From NCBI RefSeq assembly GCF_009914755.1, contig NC_060947.1: DNA of 64,000 bases; one strand, given 5' to 3'. The position numbers and the translations under genes are program-made. Below are positions 1 through 13,451 of this stretch, one piece after another; position 1 is the stretch's first letter, and the number at the start of each line of letters is the position of its first letter. This stretch comes from the human T2T-CHM13v2.0 reference genome, Homo sapiens. A model generated the notes under the pieces. The model was not told the origin of the DNA. It did no database searches and saw nothing but the letters and a program-made list of their open reading frames with translations.

Positions 1-1235
1 AGTTTGGAGGAGCTCCCATTGGCCAAATCTCAGACAATTTCAGTATTAAAATAATAAAGTAATAATTATAAATACATTTAGAAAAATGTAGAAAATCATA
101 AGCTCATATCAATAAAAAATAAATAACCGTGGAGAAGTGCTTGCTTATAGTAAAATGCTGAATGCTGACTAGTAAGTGTGGAGGAAGTGCTATAGTTAAA
201 AAGTCAGTATTTTGTAAGCATCAAAATAAAGATTGGATAAAATAAAAATCAGTAGATATTAAATCTAAGTAGAAATGTTGATGAAGAGGATGTTTAGATG
301 GAATTAAAGCAATCTCACAGGCTGCTTATTAGTTGCAAGTGGAAAGACAGTACTTATGCAATGGAGAATTTGGACAATTATTTGACCAGGCGATCAAAAT
401 TAGCATCACGAATGAGGAGCACATACACCGCATGTGTCTTCAGATGTGATTCCTTGAGAAGATCAATACCGTATAACCTACCCTGAGAAAGCACAGCTTG
501 TATCTAATCACGAAGAAATATCAGATAAACCCCCCAAAAGGGACATTGAAAATATCAACATCATGAAAAAGAAGAAACTTTATGGAATGTTTCAGAATAA
601 AAGAGGTTAAAAAAACATGACAACTAAATGTAATACTTGACCCCAGGCTAAATTCTGTACTGGAGGGAAAAATGCCACAAAGGACATTATTAGGCCAACT
701 ATAAAAGGTATGATATGAATATACAGACAGTAGATTAGAAAAAACTAGTATATCAATGTAAACTTATGAAGTTGATAACTTCCACAAAGAAGTTATTCTT
801 ACAAAGTGTACACCTGAAGTATTTACAGGTAAAGACACATGATATATGCAATTTACCTCAAATAGTTCAGAAAAAGGGTTCAGAAAAATGCTCTAGTCCT
901 AGCTACTCTGGACACTGAGGCAGGAGGATCCCTCGAGCCCAGGAGTTCCAGGCTGCAGTGAGCCATGATCGTGCAACTGCACTTCACCCTGGATGACAGA
1001 GGGAGACCTTGTTTCTAAAAATAAATAAAATAATTCAGAAAAACAGTTCTCAAGTAGTTCAGAAAAAGAGGAGATGAAAGAGAGATGGATGGGAGAGAAG
1101 TAACTGATGAAGCAAATGAATTAAATGATAGCAAGAAGTGAGGCTAGGTAAAGGTTATACAGGTGTACCTTACACTATTCTTATTTTTGCAACATTTCTG
1201 CACATTTTTAATGGTTTCCAAATAAAAAGGTAAAA
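1..1235 (+). mobile_element. Old L1 (L1MC/MD-type) 3' UTR fragment, interrupted by an Alu arm
   Basis: Motifs such as 'ggagctcccattggccaaa', 'aaatgccacaaaggacattattagg' and terminal 'tttccaaataaaaag' resemble L1M 3' ends; subfamily uncertain. Confidence 0.7.
891..1032 (+). mobile_element. Alu right-arm fragment (AluJ/FRAM-like)
   Basis: 'ctgaggcaggaggatccctcgagcccaggagttccaggctgcagtgagccatgatc' followed by an A-rich tail. Confidence 0.9.
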
Positions 1236-1867
1236 AACTTTAAGGAGTAAGATATTTCTTTGCTACAATGCCAAAAGCACAATCCATAACATATTGATAA
1301 ATTGGACTTCATCGAACATAAAAACTGCTTTTGAAAGACACTGTGAAGAGAATGAAAAGACAAGCGCTAGGCTAGGGGAAAAACATTTGCAAGTCATCTA
1401 AAACACTTGCATCCAAATAAAAGACTTATATCCAGAATATATAAAGAACTCATAAAACTAAATAATAAAACAAAAAGAAACAATAAAAATGGCGAAAGTA
1501 TTTGAACGAGCTATGTCACCAAAAAAGGTATATACTCGGAAAATAAGCACATGAAAAATGACCAATCTCATTGGTCATTAGGACAATGCAAATTAAAACC
1601 ACAATAAGATATCAATTCAAACCTACTGGGACGGTTCAAATTAAAAGACTGACCATATCAATTGTTGATGAGAATGTGGGAGAACTGGAACTCTTATGTA
1701 CTGTCAGTTGGGATTTAAAAAGGTACCACTATTTTGGAAAATGTTTTGACAGTTACTTTTAAAGTCAAATCTGCACTTATCATATGACTTAATCATTACA
1801 CTTCTAGGTATTTACCCAAGAGAAGTCAAAGCACATTTCCACACAAACCCTTCTACAAGAATGTTCA

Positions 1868-2091
1868 CCACTCTGGGCAATATGGCTAGACTCCATCTCT
1901 ACAATTTTTTTTTAATTTGAAAAATAAAATCAGCCAAGCATGGTGGCATGTGCCTGCAGTCCTAGCTACTCAAGAGGTCAAGGTGGGAGGATCCTTTGAG
2001 CCCAGGAGTTCAAGGCTGCTGTGAGTCATGATCATGCCACTGTACTCCAGCCTGTGCGACAAAGCAAGACCTTATCTCAAAAAAAAAAAAA
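1868..2091 (+). mobile_element. 5'-truncated AluJ-like element
   Basis: Partial left arm, linker, right arm 'aggtcaaggtgggaggatcc...gagcccaggagttcaaggctgc' and poly-A. Confidence 0.9.
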
Positions 2092-2316
2092 GAATGTTCA
2101 TAGCAGCTTTATTTTTATATCCAAAATCAAGAAACAACCCAAACCTCCACCGTGAGTAAATGGATAAACAAGTTTAGTGGAAGATTACTCAGCAACAAAA
2201 AGAAGTAGCTATTGATACATGCTGCAATTTAGATAATCTCAAATAAAAATGTATGCCAAGTGAAAGAAGTAGACAAATGAACGTACACACTGCATGGTTC
2301 AATTTATATAAAATTC

Positions 2317-3195
2317 TTTTTTTACTTTTATTTTAGGTTCAAGGGTACATGTGCAGTTTGCTATATAGGTAAATTTGTGTCATGAGTGTTTGTTGTACAG
2401 ATTATTTTGTCACCCAGGTACTAAGCCTAGTACCCAGTAATTTTTTATGCTCTTCTCCATCCTCCCACCCGCCACCCTCAAGTAGGCCACAGTGTCTGTT
2501 CTTCCCTTCTTTGTGTCCATGAGTTCTCATCACTTAGCTCCCACTTATAAGTGAGAACATGCAGTATTTGGTTTTCTGTTCTTGCATTAGTTTGCTAAGG
2601 ATAATGACCTCCAGCTCCATCCATGTTCCTGCAAAAGACGTGATCTCATTCTTTTTTGATGGTTGCATAATATTTCATGGTGTCTACGTACCACATTTTC
2701 TTTATCTAATCTGTCTTTGATGGGCATTTAGGTTGATTCCATGTCTTTGCTATTGTGAATAGTGCTGCAATGAACATACACATGCATGTGTCTTTTTGGT
2801 AAAATGATTTATGTTCCTCTGGGCATATACCCAGTAGTGGGATTTCTGGGTCAAATGGTAGTTCTGTTTTTAGATCTTTGAGGAATTGCCACACTGCTTT
2901 CCAAAATGATGGAGCTAATTTACCTTCCCACCAACAGTGTATAAGCATTCTCTTTTCTCTGCAATCTTGTCAGCATCTGCTATATTTTTACTTTTTAATA
3001 ATAGCCATTCTGACTGGTGAGAGATAGTATCTCATTGTGATTTTGATTTTCATTTCTCTAATGATTAGTGATATTGAGCTTTTTTTCATATGCTTGCTGG
3101 CATGTATGTCTTCTTTTGAAAAGTGTCTGCTCATGTCATTTGCCCACGTTTTAATGCAAATGTTTGTTTTTTTCTTGTAAATTTGTTTAATGAAC
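2317..3195 (-). mobile_element. L1P (L1PB/old L1PA-like) 3' fragment nested in L1M
   Basis: Minus ORFs give ORF2 C-terminal motifs (WKAVWQFLKDLKTELPFDPEIPLLGI; MFIAALFTIAKTWNQPKCPS); 3' end 'aagggtacatgtgcagtttgctatataggt'; flanked by a ~29-bp imperfect duplication. Confidence 0.92.
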
Positions 3196-3639
3196 CACTG
3201 CATGGTTTCATTCATATAAAATTCCTGAAAATGCAAGCTAATCAAAAGTGACAGCAAGCAGAATGATTGCCTGAGGCAGAGCAGGAGGAGGGATTACAAA
3301 GGCTCATGAAGAAACTTTTGGGGGTGAAAGATAATAAATATTATCTTGATTATCGTGATGGGCATATGCATATGCCAAAACTTATCAGATTATACACTTT
3401 GATTATGTGCAGTTTATTGTATATCAATTATATCTCAATACATGAAGGCTCCATGCTTTTCCTGTCCTAAGTCCCACTCCTCACTCTTTACTACACAGTT
3501 AGTAGTGCAAATAACACTGTTTTTTGTTAGAGTCATTTTTTCAGAAATTTGAAGACAAAAATTAAAAAATGATTTACAAAAACCACACACACACCAAAAC
3601 TGAGCATCAAAAAAAGTGACAACCATTTTCCTGGATGTC

Positions 3640-3698
3640 GATGGATAAATGGATAGATAATTGATAGATAGATAGATGATAGATAGATAGATAGATAT
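3640..3698. repeat. (GATA)n microsatellite
   Basis: gatagatagatagatgatagatagatagatagat. Confidence 0.9.
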
Positions 3699-5061
3699 CT
3701 TCTCCTGCTCCTTCCACCTCATTCTGTTCCTTATCTTTTTCTTCTTCCGACTACTTCTCCTTCTCATCATTCTTTTTTTGACAACTAAGTTTTGAAAAGA
3801 TTTCATGAAAAGAAAACCATCAGCACCTTGAGATATGGCTTTCCAAGTCCAATTAAAAAGCAATAAAAAATGTATATTCTGTTTCAAAGTAATTGCAACT
3901 CAAAAATGTATGCAATATAGGCAGTTACATGTCTATTTAATAACAACAACAGCAACTTAAAAAGGGACTAATTGGTCCTTATTTCTTCTTAACAAAGATG
4001 AAGATTTGGAGGGTAGCAAATTTTGCGGGGATGTACACCTTGTTAAGTAAATGAGATGGGGTTGGGAAGGATGGGTTTGAGATAGAAGACCAGACAGGGG
4101 ATTCCCCTTCATGTATGCAATTGAAGTGAAAATGTCCTTACCCCCAGACTTAGAAGTTTTATTTGAAGCAAAGGCATTTATGATGCTTACATTAAGTTTT
4201 AGGTGGAATAAAATATATGATCTCTGCAAACATTGACTCTCTTCTGAGTAGAAACTGATATTAATATTGGGAAAGAGTTCCTGTCTGCACATATTCATCA
4301 GTGCAGAGGATCAAAAGATAGATTATTGTTAATGTTTATTCTGACTCCTTAGAGAGGTCATCGAAGTTGCGCAATGTGTGTTGTTAAGCAGCAGCAGAAT
4401 AAAGATAAAGGATTGAAGGGAAGAACGAATTAGCAAAAATTACATGATAAACATTAAATCCATGTTTTAAGTGGGGCAAGTCCTAATAAGCAGAATATGT
4501 CCTTGTAAAGATATTAAGCAGAAACAATGTTTTAAAGTATTTTGGTGTGTGCGAATAATTTAAAAGCTTTATAAACAAAATAAAAAGGGTAAGCTTCTTA
4601 AAGATTCTCATTTTTTTGGTAACAGAGATAACTTTTGAATTTTTATGTAGTGCAGAACAGTAAACTAGGCCTTTCTCTAAAAATTCCTGTGACTCTTTGG
4701 AGACTAAGAAGAGTTAAGAGGAAATATGATGGCAGCATAAAAGCAAAGAGCCCTAAATGGGTACATGGTAGATCAACAGAAAGAATAGAGCTAGCTCGCA
4801 ATTGAAGGGATGACATCCTAAGTGAGATGAAGTGGATATTTACAAGGCTTTGATGTTCTATGAGGAGGAAAAAACAAGGAAGCTGGCTTCTCTGTGTAAA
4901 TAGGAACACTAGAGATTAGATTAGCAGTGGCAGCACTCTGAAGTTATACTGAGTTCAAGATCAAGGTAAGTTTTAAGGAGGCTGTTGCTAAGCCAGGGAA
5001 GGGAATCCAGGGTAGAATTCATTCAACATCTGAGACTTAAGAAAAGGCATCCATTTTTACC

Positions 5062-5062
<1 letters not shown>

Positions 5063-5114
<52 letters not shown>

Positions 5115-5400
5115 TTGAGATGGAGTATCACCTTGCCGCCCAGGTTGGAGTGCAGTGCTGCAATCTCGGCTCACTGCAGCCTCTGCCTCCTGGTGTTCAA
5201 GTGATTCTCCTGCCTCAGCCTCCCAAGTAGCTGGGACTACAGGCGCCTGCCACCACACCCGGCTAACTTTTTGTGTTTTTAATAGAGACGGGATTTCACC
5301 ATGTTGACCAGGCTGGCCTCGAACTCCTGACCTCAGGTGATCTGCCCGCCTCAGCCTCCCAAAGTGCTGGGATCACAGGCATGAGCCACCGCCCCTGGCC
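5063..5400 (-). mobile_element. AluS element with (TTA)n tail microsatellite
   Basis: Complete antisense dimer; (TTA)n run at 5063-5114. Confidence 0.97.
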
Positions 5401-6149
5401 TATTTTGTTTCTTAAAATTCATGTTTTTTATTATGTTTTTATATGTAATCATCTTCTAAATATGATAGCCAATTGTGTTTGTAGATGGTTTAAAAAGACA
5501 AAGAAAAGGAGCAATCTTTGATTAGATTGCAACTTTCTAATCTGCTTCTCAATTCTGTAACCCTGAGGAATGCCAAATTACAGAGATATATGCTACACTG
5601 ACAGGTGCCACTAATGAGGCAGTGACCTTAATGATAGATGTGGTACCAAGAAGACACTAACCACTCTCTAGACTGTTGAGTGTTCCATAAATGTCACCCA
5701 ATCCAGCTGGGTCTGATCAGAACGAGATTTTCAATTCATGGAATCCAGTCATGAGAAATGCTTATGCAGTCTTAAATGTAATTACACCAAGTTTTAGTTC
5801 ATCTAGGTGTCTCACTATATCTTCATGAGAATCCAACTGGGGAGAAAACAAGACCTAAGAAGCAAGTAAGTAAATAAAAACAGGAAAAAAGGTTATTAAG
5901 GTAACCAAGTAATTTATTTTCACAAGAACAAGATTTTGGAGGCCTAGTTAGTAAATGTAAACCACTTCTAAGATTCCAAAGGAAACAGGCAACTTATTCT
6001 TTTTCACACATGCAAAACTTTTCTGATCCTTGAGAAAATATAAGCTTCTTTTCAAAACCTATTTTAAAATTTGAAAATGAAGGGAGAAATGTGATCTTAT
6101 AATGCAAAAAAGAGAGTTTACATTTGCCAGATTTTTTGAAACCACTAAA

Positions 6150-6360
6150 ATGCTCATCAACTTTTCAAAGGCCGGTGACCACACCAAACCATTCAGAGGA
6201 GTCCCTTCAACGTCTTCCCCAGCAGTCTCCATCTCTGTCTTTTTTCCTTATGCCTTTGTTACCATGAGAATATCTGCCTCTTTTTCCTTTTCAGCCAATC
6301 TATATTCCAATATCATCTTCTCTGTTTCCTCCATCTTTCTTTGTCCACCCTCCATTAATT
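6150..6360 (+). mobile_element. Probable L2 ORF2 relic
   Basis: Pyrimidine-rich 'cctttgttaccatgagaatatctgcctctttttccttttcagccaatc' resembles the L2 ORF2 segment before the RT domain; highly degraded. Confidence 0.35.
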
Positions 6361-7484
6361 GGTTACAACATAGAACAAGGTTTTTAAAAAGACAATATGC
6401 AAGTGTAATGTAGCCTTTTAATTTAAAAACAAGAGGACTAGAAAATCCTATATTTGTTCCTCTTGAGAGAGAAAGAGATCCTTTTTTACTTAGATGATCT
6501 TGGATTTTTTTCCCCTGTGGGTCAACAGCCATAAGAAAAAGTTCCCTACCCTTAATGTCTGTAGTCAGGGCTGGGCACTGACAAGGATGGCAGGATGAGG
6601 AACCAGCAGGAATCCAGGACAAATTCTGCTGCATTCCCTGTTGGGAAGCTTGTTTCTTTATTAAACTCCTGCCTTCACCCCACTTCCTGAGCAATGGCAG
6701 AAAAATGTCCTTGCCTCCCCTGCCATGGAATACAGTCATTACTTCTCTTTGCAGGGAGGGATTTGGCGCCTCCTGACCACATAATGCTTTGGAGCTGTAG
6801 GAAGACTAAGGGTTTCCTTGTCAGAAAAAAAAAAAAAAGAGTTCTGGTGGGTTTGGTCATGGGACTTCCTATGCAGCAACATCTGGGAGAGTTGCTAACC
6901 CTCTCCTTGCTTTCCTGGTCTCCTTCATACCTAATCCTCTGGCTCTCCCACATCCTGTTGCTGTGTTGCCAACAATTCCAGAGGCCCTGGGACACTAACA
7001 TTTACTGAAACACCGTCTTCCATATGCTTGTTTAGGCTGTGAAGGAAATGTCACATGGGGCTTTGTAATCAGAAGATGCCGGTTGAAACTGAACATGTTC
7101 ACAAACAATATTCTATATTTAATGGATTTTTCTCTACACCCCAGCTTCCTTTCTCTTATAAGAAAGTCTAGAGGCTGACTCACTATTTTAACTTAAATGA
7201 GTGTTCTTAAATTTATCTTATACTTCCTAAACTTCGAATCATAAGCAATGCCCAAAACTGCTCTTTTAACATATTAAGTCCTCATCATATGCTGTGAACA
7301 AAATAAAAAGTATTGTTATCAATGGAAATCGAGGAGTTCAGTCATCAGAGCATCTTCAGGTTAGATAAGACCTTAGTTTGGTTGTGGTACAATGTTTATA
7401 AAAGGTCTCTGAACAACCATAGGGCAGCCAATGTCTTATTTCAAATAGCCATGGGATGAGAGATGTGTTGACTGTTTCTCCTTG

Positions 7485-7695
7485 CTTAAAGACAGTCTCA
7501 CTCTGTCGCCAAAGTTGGAATGCAGTGGCATGATCATAGCTCACTGTAACCTTGAATTTCTGGGCTCAAGCAATCCTCTCATTTCAGCCTCCTGAGTAGC
7601 TGTGACTACAAGCATGTGCCACCACAGCCAGCTAATTGTTTAATTTTTTTTTTTTTGTAGAGGCAGGAATCTCACTACATTACCCAGGCTAGACT
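7485..7695 (-). mobile_element. 5'-truncated AluJ-like element
   Basis: 'gacagtctcactctgtcgccaa...ctgggctcaagcaatcctc'; ends at 'acccaggctagact'. Confidence 0.9.
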
Positions 7696-7799
7696 AGATG
7701 TAGAGCAAAGTGAGAAAAAGGAACCAATTGTTAGTTCTACTCTCCCTTTCTGCAAGAACAGTGATATGGATCTCCAGCATCAGGATGTCACATTGTATT

Positions 7800-8340
7800 T
7801 CAGCATCATCAAGAGCAAGCATAGTAGATTTTCAACCCCACCAATATCTAGAGGGCCATAGTGACAATTGTGATTGAAACACAGTTTCAGTTTCAGAGAC
7901 CTTGGTGGATTTCTTTGGGGCCTGCATCTGTGGATTCTAAGCTCTGCTAATTGAAGTGGTCACTGATAAACAGGACGAATTTTTCAGCAACTGTCAGCAC
8001 CCATTGGAATTCTCAGAAAAATTCAAGGTATCTCAAATCTTGTATTGGCTATATTGGCTATACCAGCTGTAAGTTTCCTTTATTGGTTGTATAGAAAAGA
8101 AATAGGTGGGGTCTGGCAGAGACAGCAAGCTTTGGATACTGATGATGCAATCTCAGTACAATCTGGTTAGTGGAATCTGGGGAAAACAGCCTACGTTTAT
8201 ATGAACCTTCAAATCCATAAAAACATCCCTCAAATGAAGGGATTGGGTATTGGGGATGGCATCTGTTAATGGTAAAGATGTAGAGCAAAGTGAGAAAAAG
8301 GAACCAATTGTTAGTTCTACTCCCCGTTTCTCTACAGTGG
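7800..8340 (-). mobile_element. Ancient L2/CR1-clade LINE reverse-transcriptase relic
   Basis: Minus-strand frames give degenerate RT-like text in the expected order: GV..IGSFF / LLYIFTI / LPLTDAI / GCFYG, then RYL; many frameshifts. Confidence 0.4.
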
Positions 8341-8419
8341 TGGGACAAAAATAGTGAATTTGTGAGGTCGATATATTACCTATTTCCTCCCCTAGCCTGT
8401 GAAGGAACATGACAATTTT

Positions 8420-8640
8420 GCTTGTAACTGCATAGCACATCCCTATCTGATATTTTCCTTGTTGATTTATTTATTTGATTTGTTGTTTCTCTCCCCCTGC
8501 TAGAAGGTAAGCTCCAGGATAACAGGAATTTTTTTCTGCTTTTGTTCACTGCTGTACCTCCAACACCAAGGACAATGTCTGGCACGTGGAAAGCACTCAA
8601 TAAAAATTTGTTTGATGAGTGGATAAATGAATATAGTGAA
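8420..8640 (+). mobile_element. L2 3' end
   Basis: 'tagaaggtaagctccagg...ttgttcactgctgtacctcca...ctggcacgtggaaagcactcaataaaaatttgtttgatga'. Confidence 0.85.
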
Positions 8641-10299
8641 CTGTTTGGAAATTTAAGTGACATTCAACAAAAATAAATCAAATATTTGATGAGTGGCCAA
8701 AGCATAACCTTCCAATCCAAAGTAGTGGGTTTTTTGGAGTGAGGATACAGTGAATTCTACAAGTGCCATTTCCATTTTGCACTCGTCTGACACTTGTGTA
8801 GCGTGTGTGTGTGTGTTTCAACAACTCATGTTTCATAAGAGTATCATATAATCTGGACTTCAGAGAACAAGATCCTCTGAAACATAAATCACCCTAAGCC
8901 TAACAAACTTTAATTAAATTCACATGTCTCTTGTTTCCACAAGGATACTTAATTATATCTTAGAACATTACCAGAAATTAAACTTGCATTAAATGTCCTT
9001 GTATTCACCATAGCATCTTGCATGGTATTGTGTGTAGAGAAATCAATCAGTAAATAGTTGGAGAATTAATGAAGGAATGAAAGAATTAAACCTATCCTAG
9101 CACCCAGTAAATTTAGATTATTGTCCTAAACTAGTTGAAATAAATGGACAACTATGAATCCGGTCTAACAGTAGTTCCCATTTGCTCTGGTAGCTGAAGT
9201 AGGAGGTTTGAGATTTACAGTAATATGAGTTATGTGTTCTTCAAGTTTTCTTTCTTTTTTCCTTTCTTTCTTTTTTAGTTTTTTCTTTTAAATGAACAGA
9301 TCTCCCAGGACTTTGTGAGGGCTGTATTGGTTTCCGGGGCACTATATTTGAAAAAAAAAAAGTTTGTAAACATTTTTGAATGTTATTCCTTTTACAATAA
9401 AAATATATATGTTAAAATCACAGCAATTTTTTGAATATTCAGTAATTTAATTAAATCATTGGATCAGGCACATTAAGGGAAAAGAAGAAAAAGTCATGCC
9501 TGTGACTCAATATCAGAATTCTTCACATTAGGAAGACTATCTGTACTCACAAAAAATAAGAATTTTAAAAGTTTAAAAAATAAAAAATGAATACCTGGTG
9601 CAAAGAGAAGAATGAGTTCGATAGAAAGATATTCAAAGTACATACTGACATTCTTAGTTTTGGAAAAGGAAAAAACAATAAGAAATAGTGGAATTGAAAT
9701 GGAAAACCAAGAACCTGTGGTCTTAATGTTTTTATAAGAGAAAGAGAGGGAGATAGAGAGAGCAAAAGTTGATTAAACATATCATATGAACAAGGAAAGC
9801 AGTATAACTATTTTTCAAAATTAGTGTTAATAAAGAAACTACCTCATAACTAGATTGAAAATTGGTTTTAGACAGAGTATGTAGCCTTCTAACCAACAGA
9901 CTTTGAGGATGAACTAGTCCAAATGAAGAAGTAGCTGCAGAGGCAGGTGGGTTGGGGATAGGCAATGAGAAAATAGTGGTTAAAAGCAGATTCTGGCACT
10001 TACCTATGATTGAGTGGTGTCCACCCACAGTAGATAATTTCATTCATTTTCTGGCAGCTACCAACGTTGTAGTGTCTAAAAGTGAATCACTAGGTCAACG
10101 TACATATTACTTTTATTCCTTCAAACAAATACTTACTGAGCAACTACTGTGTGACTGGCATTGTGCTAGATGCTGAAGATACAGCAGTAAATAAGTAAGA
10201 CAAATGCCTTGTTCTTAAGGAGTTTCTACTCTAGTTGAGGAGATAATTTCAATTAAACAAATGCATAAATATGTAATTCCAGATGGTAGTATGTGCTTT

Positions 10300-10760
10300 T
10301 TTAGTTTTGCAAAGATGATGCTGCCCTAACGAAAACACCTTAAAATAGTGTAGCTTCTATAACATACACTTACTTCATTCTCATCTAAAAATCTTACAGG
10401 GAGAAGTTCAGTTTTGTAGGATAGCTCTGCTTATGAGGGACATCATTTAGAGAAACACATTTCTTCCATATTGTTATTCTACCATCTCCCAAGACATTAC
10501 TCTTATCAGCATGGTTGAAGCTAGGTCACTGACATTTGCATTCTGGCTCCCAGGAAGAGGAGAAGAGAGGAAGTCATTTATTTACATAAGCAACTTCTGT
10601 TTAAGCAAGTGAGGCAGAAGTTGCACATATCATTTCTGCTCACACTCAACTGGACAGAATTTAGTCACATGACCACACCTGGCTGTGAGGGAAATTGGGA
10701 AAGGTGGTCTCTGACAAGGCAACTATGTGCCCAGAAAAAAGAGAAGAAAATATTTGGAGA
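10300..10760 (-). mobile_element. MaLR LTR (MLT1J/K-like)
   Basis: 'agaagttgcacatatcatttctgctcac...ttagtcacatgaccacacctggctgtgagggaaattgggaaa'. Confidence 0.7.
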
Positions 10761-10852
10761 TGCCACTAGCTTAGTGCCACACATGTCATGATGGAAAATT
10801 ATAGGAGCTGACGGAAACCTCAGATAGTAGGGAGATCTGGAAAGCTTTAGAG

Positions 10853-11790
<938 letters not shown>

Positions 11791-12017
11791 GATTTGAAAT
11801 CTGAAGGCTGAATCTGGAAGGTAGAGGGGTGGAAAAGACAGTTATAGGCAAATGGGTTAGCACATGCACAGGTCCTGGGCAGGAGAAAACATAGAAGTGT
11901 GAGGACTGGATCGTGATGAGAGACAGAGACATTAGCACAATATGATCTTGGAGAGAGAGAGGCAGAAGCCAGGTCATGAGGACCTTTGGAGTCATGGTAA
12001 AACATTTTTTATGAAAA

Positions 12018-13451
12018 CAGTGGCGAGTCGCAAATTTTTGGCCTCAAAATCCCTTTATGCTCTTAAAAATTATTGACAGCCCTCCAAAGATTTTATTTAT
12101 ATGAATGATACCTATCAATATTTGCTTTATTGGAATTTAAGGCTAAGATTTTAAGAATATTTTCTTGTTAAATAATTTATAAACAATAATAAACCCATTA
12201 CACGTTAACATTTTTATTAAACTAGCCGTGTTTTCCAAAACAAAGCAAAAATAGTAAGAAAAGTGACATCGTTTTACATTTTGCACATCTCTTTAATGTC
12301 TGGCTAAATAGAAGAAAGCTGGGTTCTCATCTCCCCTTCTGCATTCAGTGTGTTGTGATGTGTTGTTTTGGTATAGGGATATGGAAAAAAATCCAGCTTC
12401 GCAAAGATATATCGTTGGAAAGGGATGAGGTAATTTAGTAGCCATCTCAGACAATTGTGGATATTCTTCTTTAATGCTACAGCAAACTTCAATGAGTGAT
12501 CATTTCTAAAGAATTAGCTGCAATATACAATCTGCAACCATATCAACAAAATTTTACACTCATACTTTAAAATCCATTGATCTATCTTGCATTTTGAGTG
12601 AATCTTTTACCCAAGCATGATTTTGTAACATCATGCCTTGGTTGTCTGAAAAATACTGATACAGTGAGTTATACAGATCTTCCAAATGTTGACACATTAC
12701 GTTATACAATATCATAAATCACATTCATCAATATCATTTCCAATCTCATCAGAAAAGTCTTTTGTACTGGAAATTTATCAGGTTCACAGTTGCAGATGGA
12801 AGTGTTTCAGAATTCTGATTTTCACTTGAAGGCAAAAATTGTATCATTGGTAAAATATCATCAGTTGTTTTCCTATAATTGACAAGCTCACTTATTTCGT
12901 TTTCAAGAAAATGTCTGCAAAATACACAAGGCTGCATAACCATATATTTTTGCCAGTAGCTCTTTCATGTGAAAATGGTGTTTCATGTAAAAAAGTGGCT
13001 AGTACAGCTTACAACTCAATTATGCAGATGTGTCTCCTCAAGGCAACCATCTTTCTTCAGTATATGATAGAAATGGATTATGCATAGTTTCCATCTTTAT
13101 AACATAGAATATTAAAAAGATGTACCCACAGGTTAAGATCTAATAAAAATAATAATATTTACTGATTTATCAAGGACAGTATTATGTGCAAATGGCTTTG
13201 TGTATTTTTTTAAACTCTGAGTGTGTGATGTTGAAGAATACAATTACTACCTAGTACAGTTTGGTGCTACTGCCTTGATTTGTGCCAAGGCACCAGCAGT
13301 TTTACTCTCTGTTATTTTTGCACCGTCAGTAAAGAAAAAGGCTATAATGTCTTAGTATTATTATGAATATAGATTTGAACTTGTTGACACCCTGTAAGGG
13401 TCTTGGGGATGTCTAGGGGTCTGTCCACCAGATACACTTTGAGAATTTCTG
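12018..13451 (-). mobile_element. Charlie1a-like hAT DNA transposon, near full length
   Basis: Termini 'cagtggcgagtcgcaaatttttggcctcaaaatcccttta' and 'cactttgagaatttctg'; minus ORF 12304-12492 (LNAEGEMRTQLSSI) resembles the hAT C-terminal dimerisation region; ~1.43 kb. Confidence 0.85.

Larger units (their letters stand above)
1250..3440 (+). mobile_element. Old L1M ORF2 end and 3' UTR, interrupted by an Alu and an antisense L1P
   Basis: ORF 1571-1762 (MQIKTTIRYQF...ENVGELEL) matches the L1 ORF2 C-terminus; the 3' UTR resumes at ~3196 after the nested L1. Confidence 0.85.

Noticed and set aside
4904-4965. Plus-strand exon-like segment ending in AAG|GTAAGT
   Set aside because: Weak acceptor and stop codons in all three frames; no supporting neighbouring exons.
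6248-6739. 163-aa minus ORF with a charged end (MEETEKMILEYRLAEKEKEADILM)
   Set aside because: No recognisable domain or convincing splice sites; it is the antisense of a pyrimidine-rich, probably L2-derived tract.
9245-9405. Polypyrimidine tract plus AG followed by AATAAA (possible terminal exon)
   Set aside because: Low-complexity T-rich DNA produces such signals by chance.
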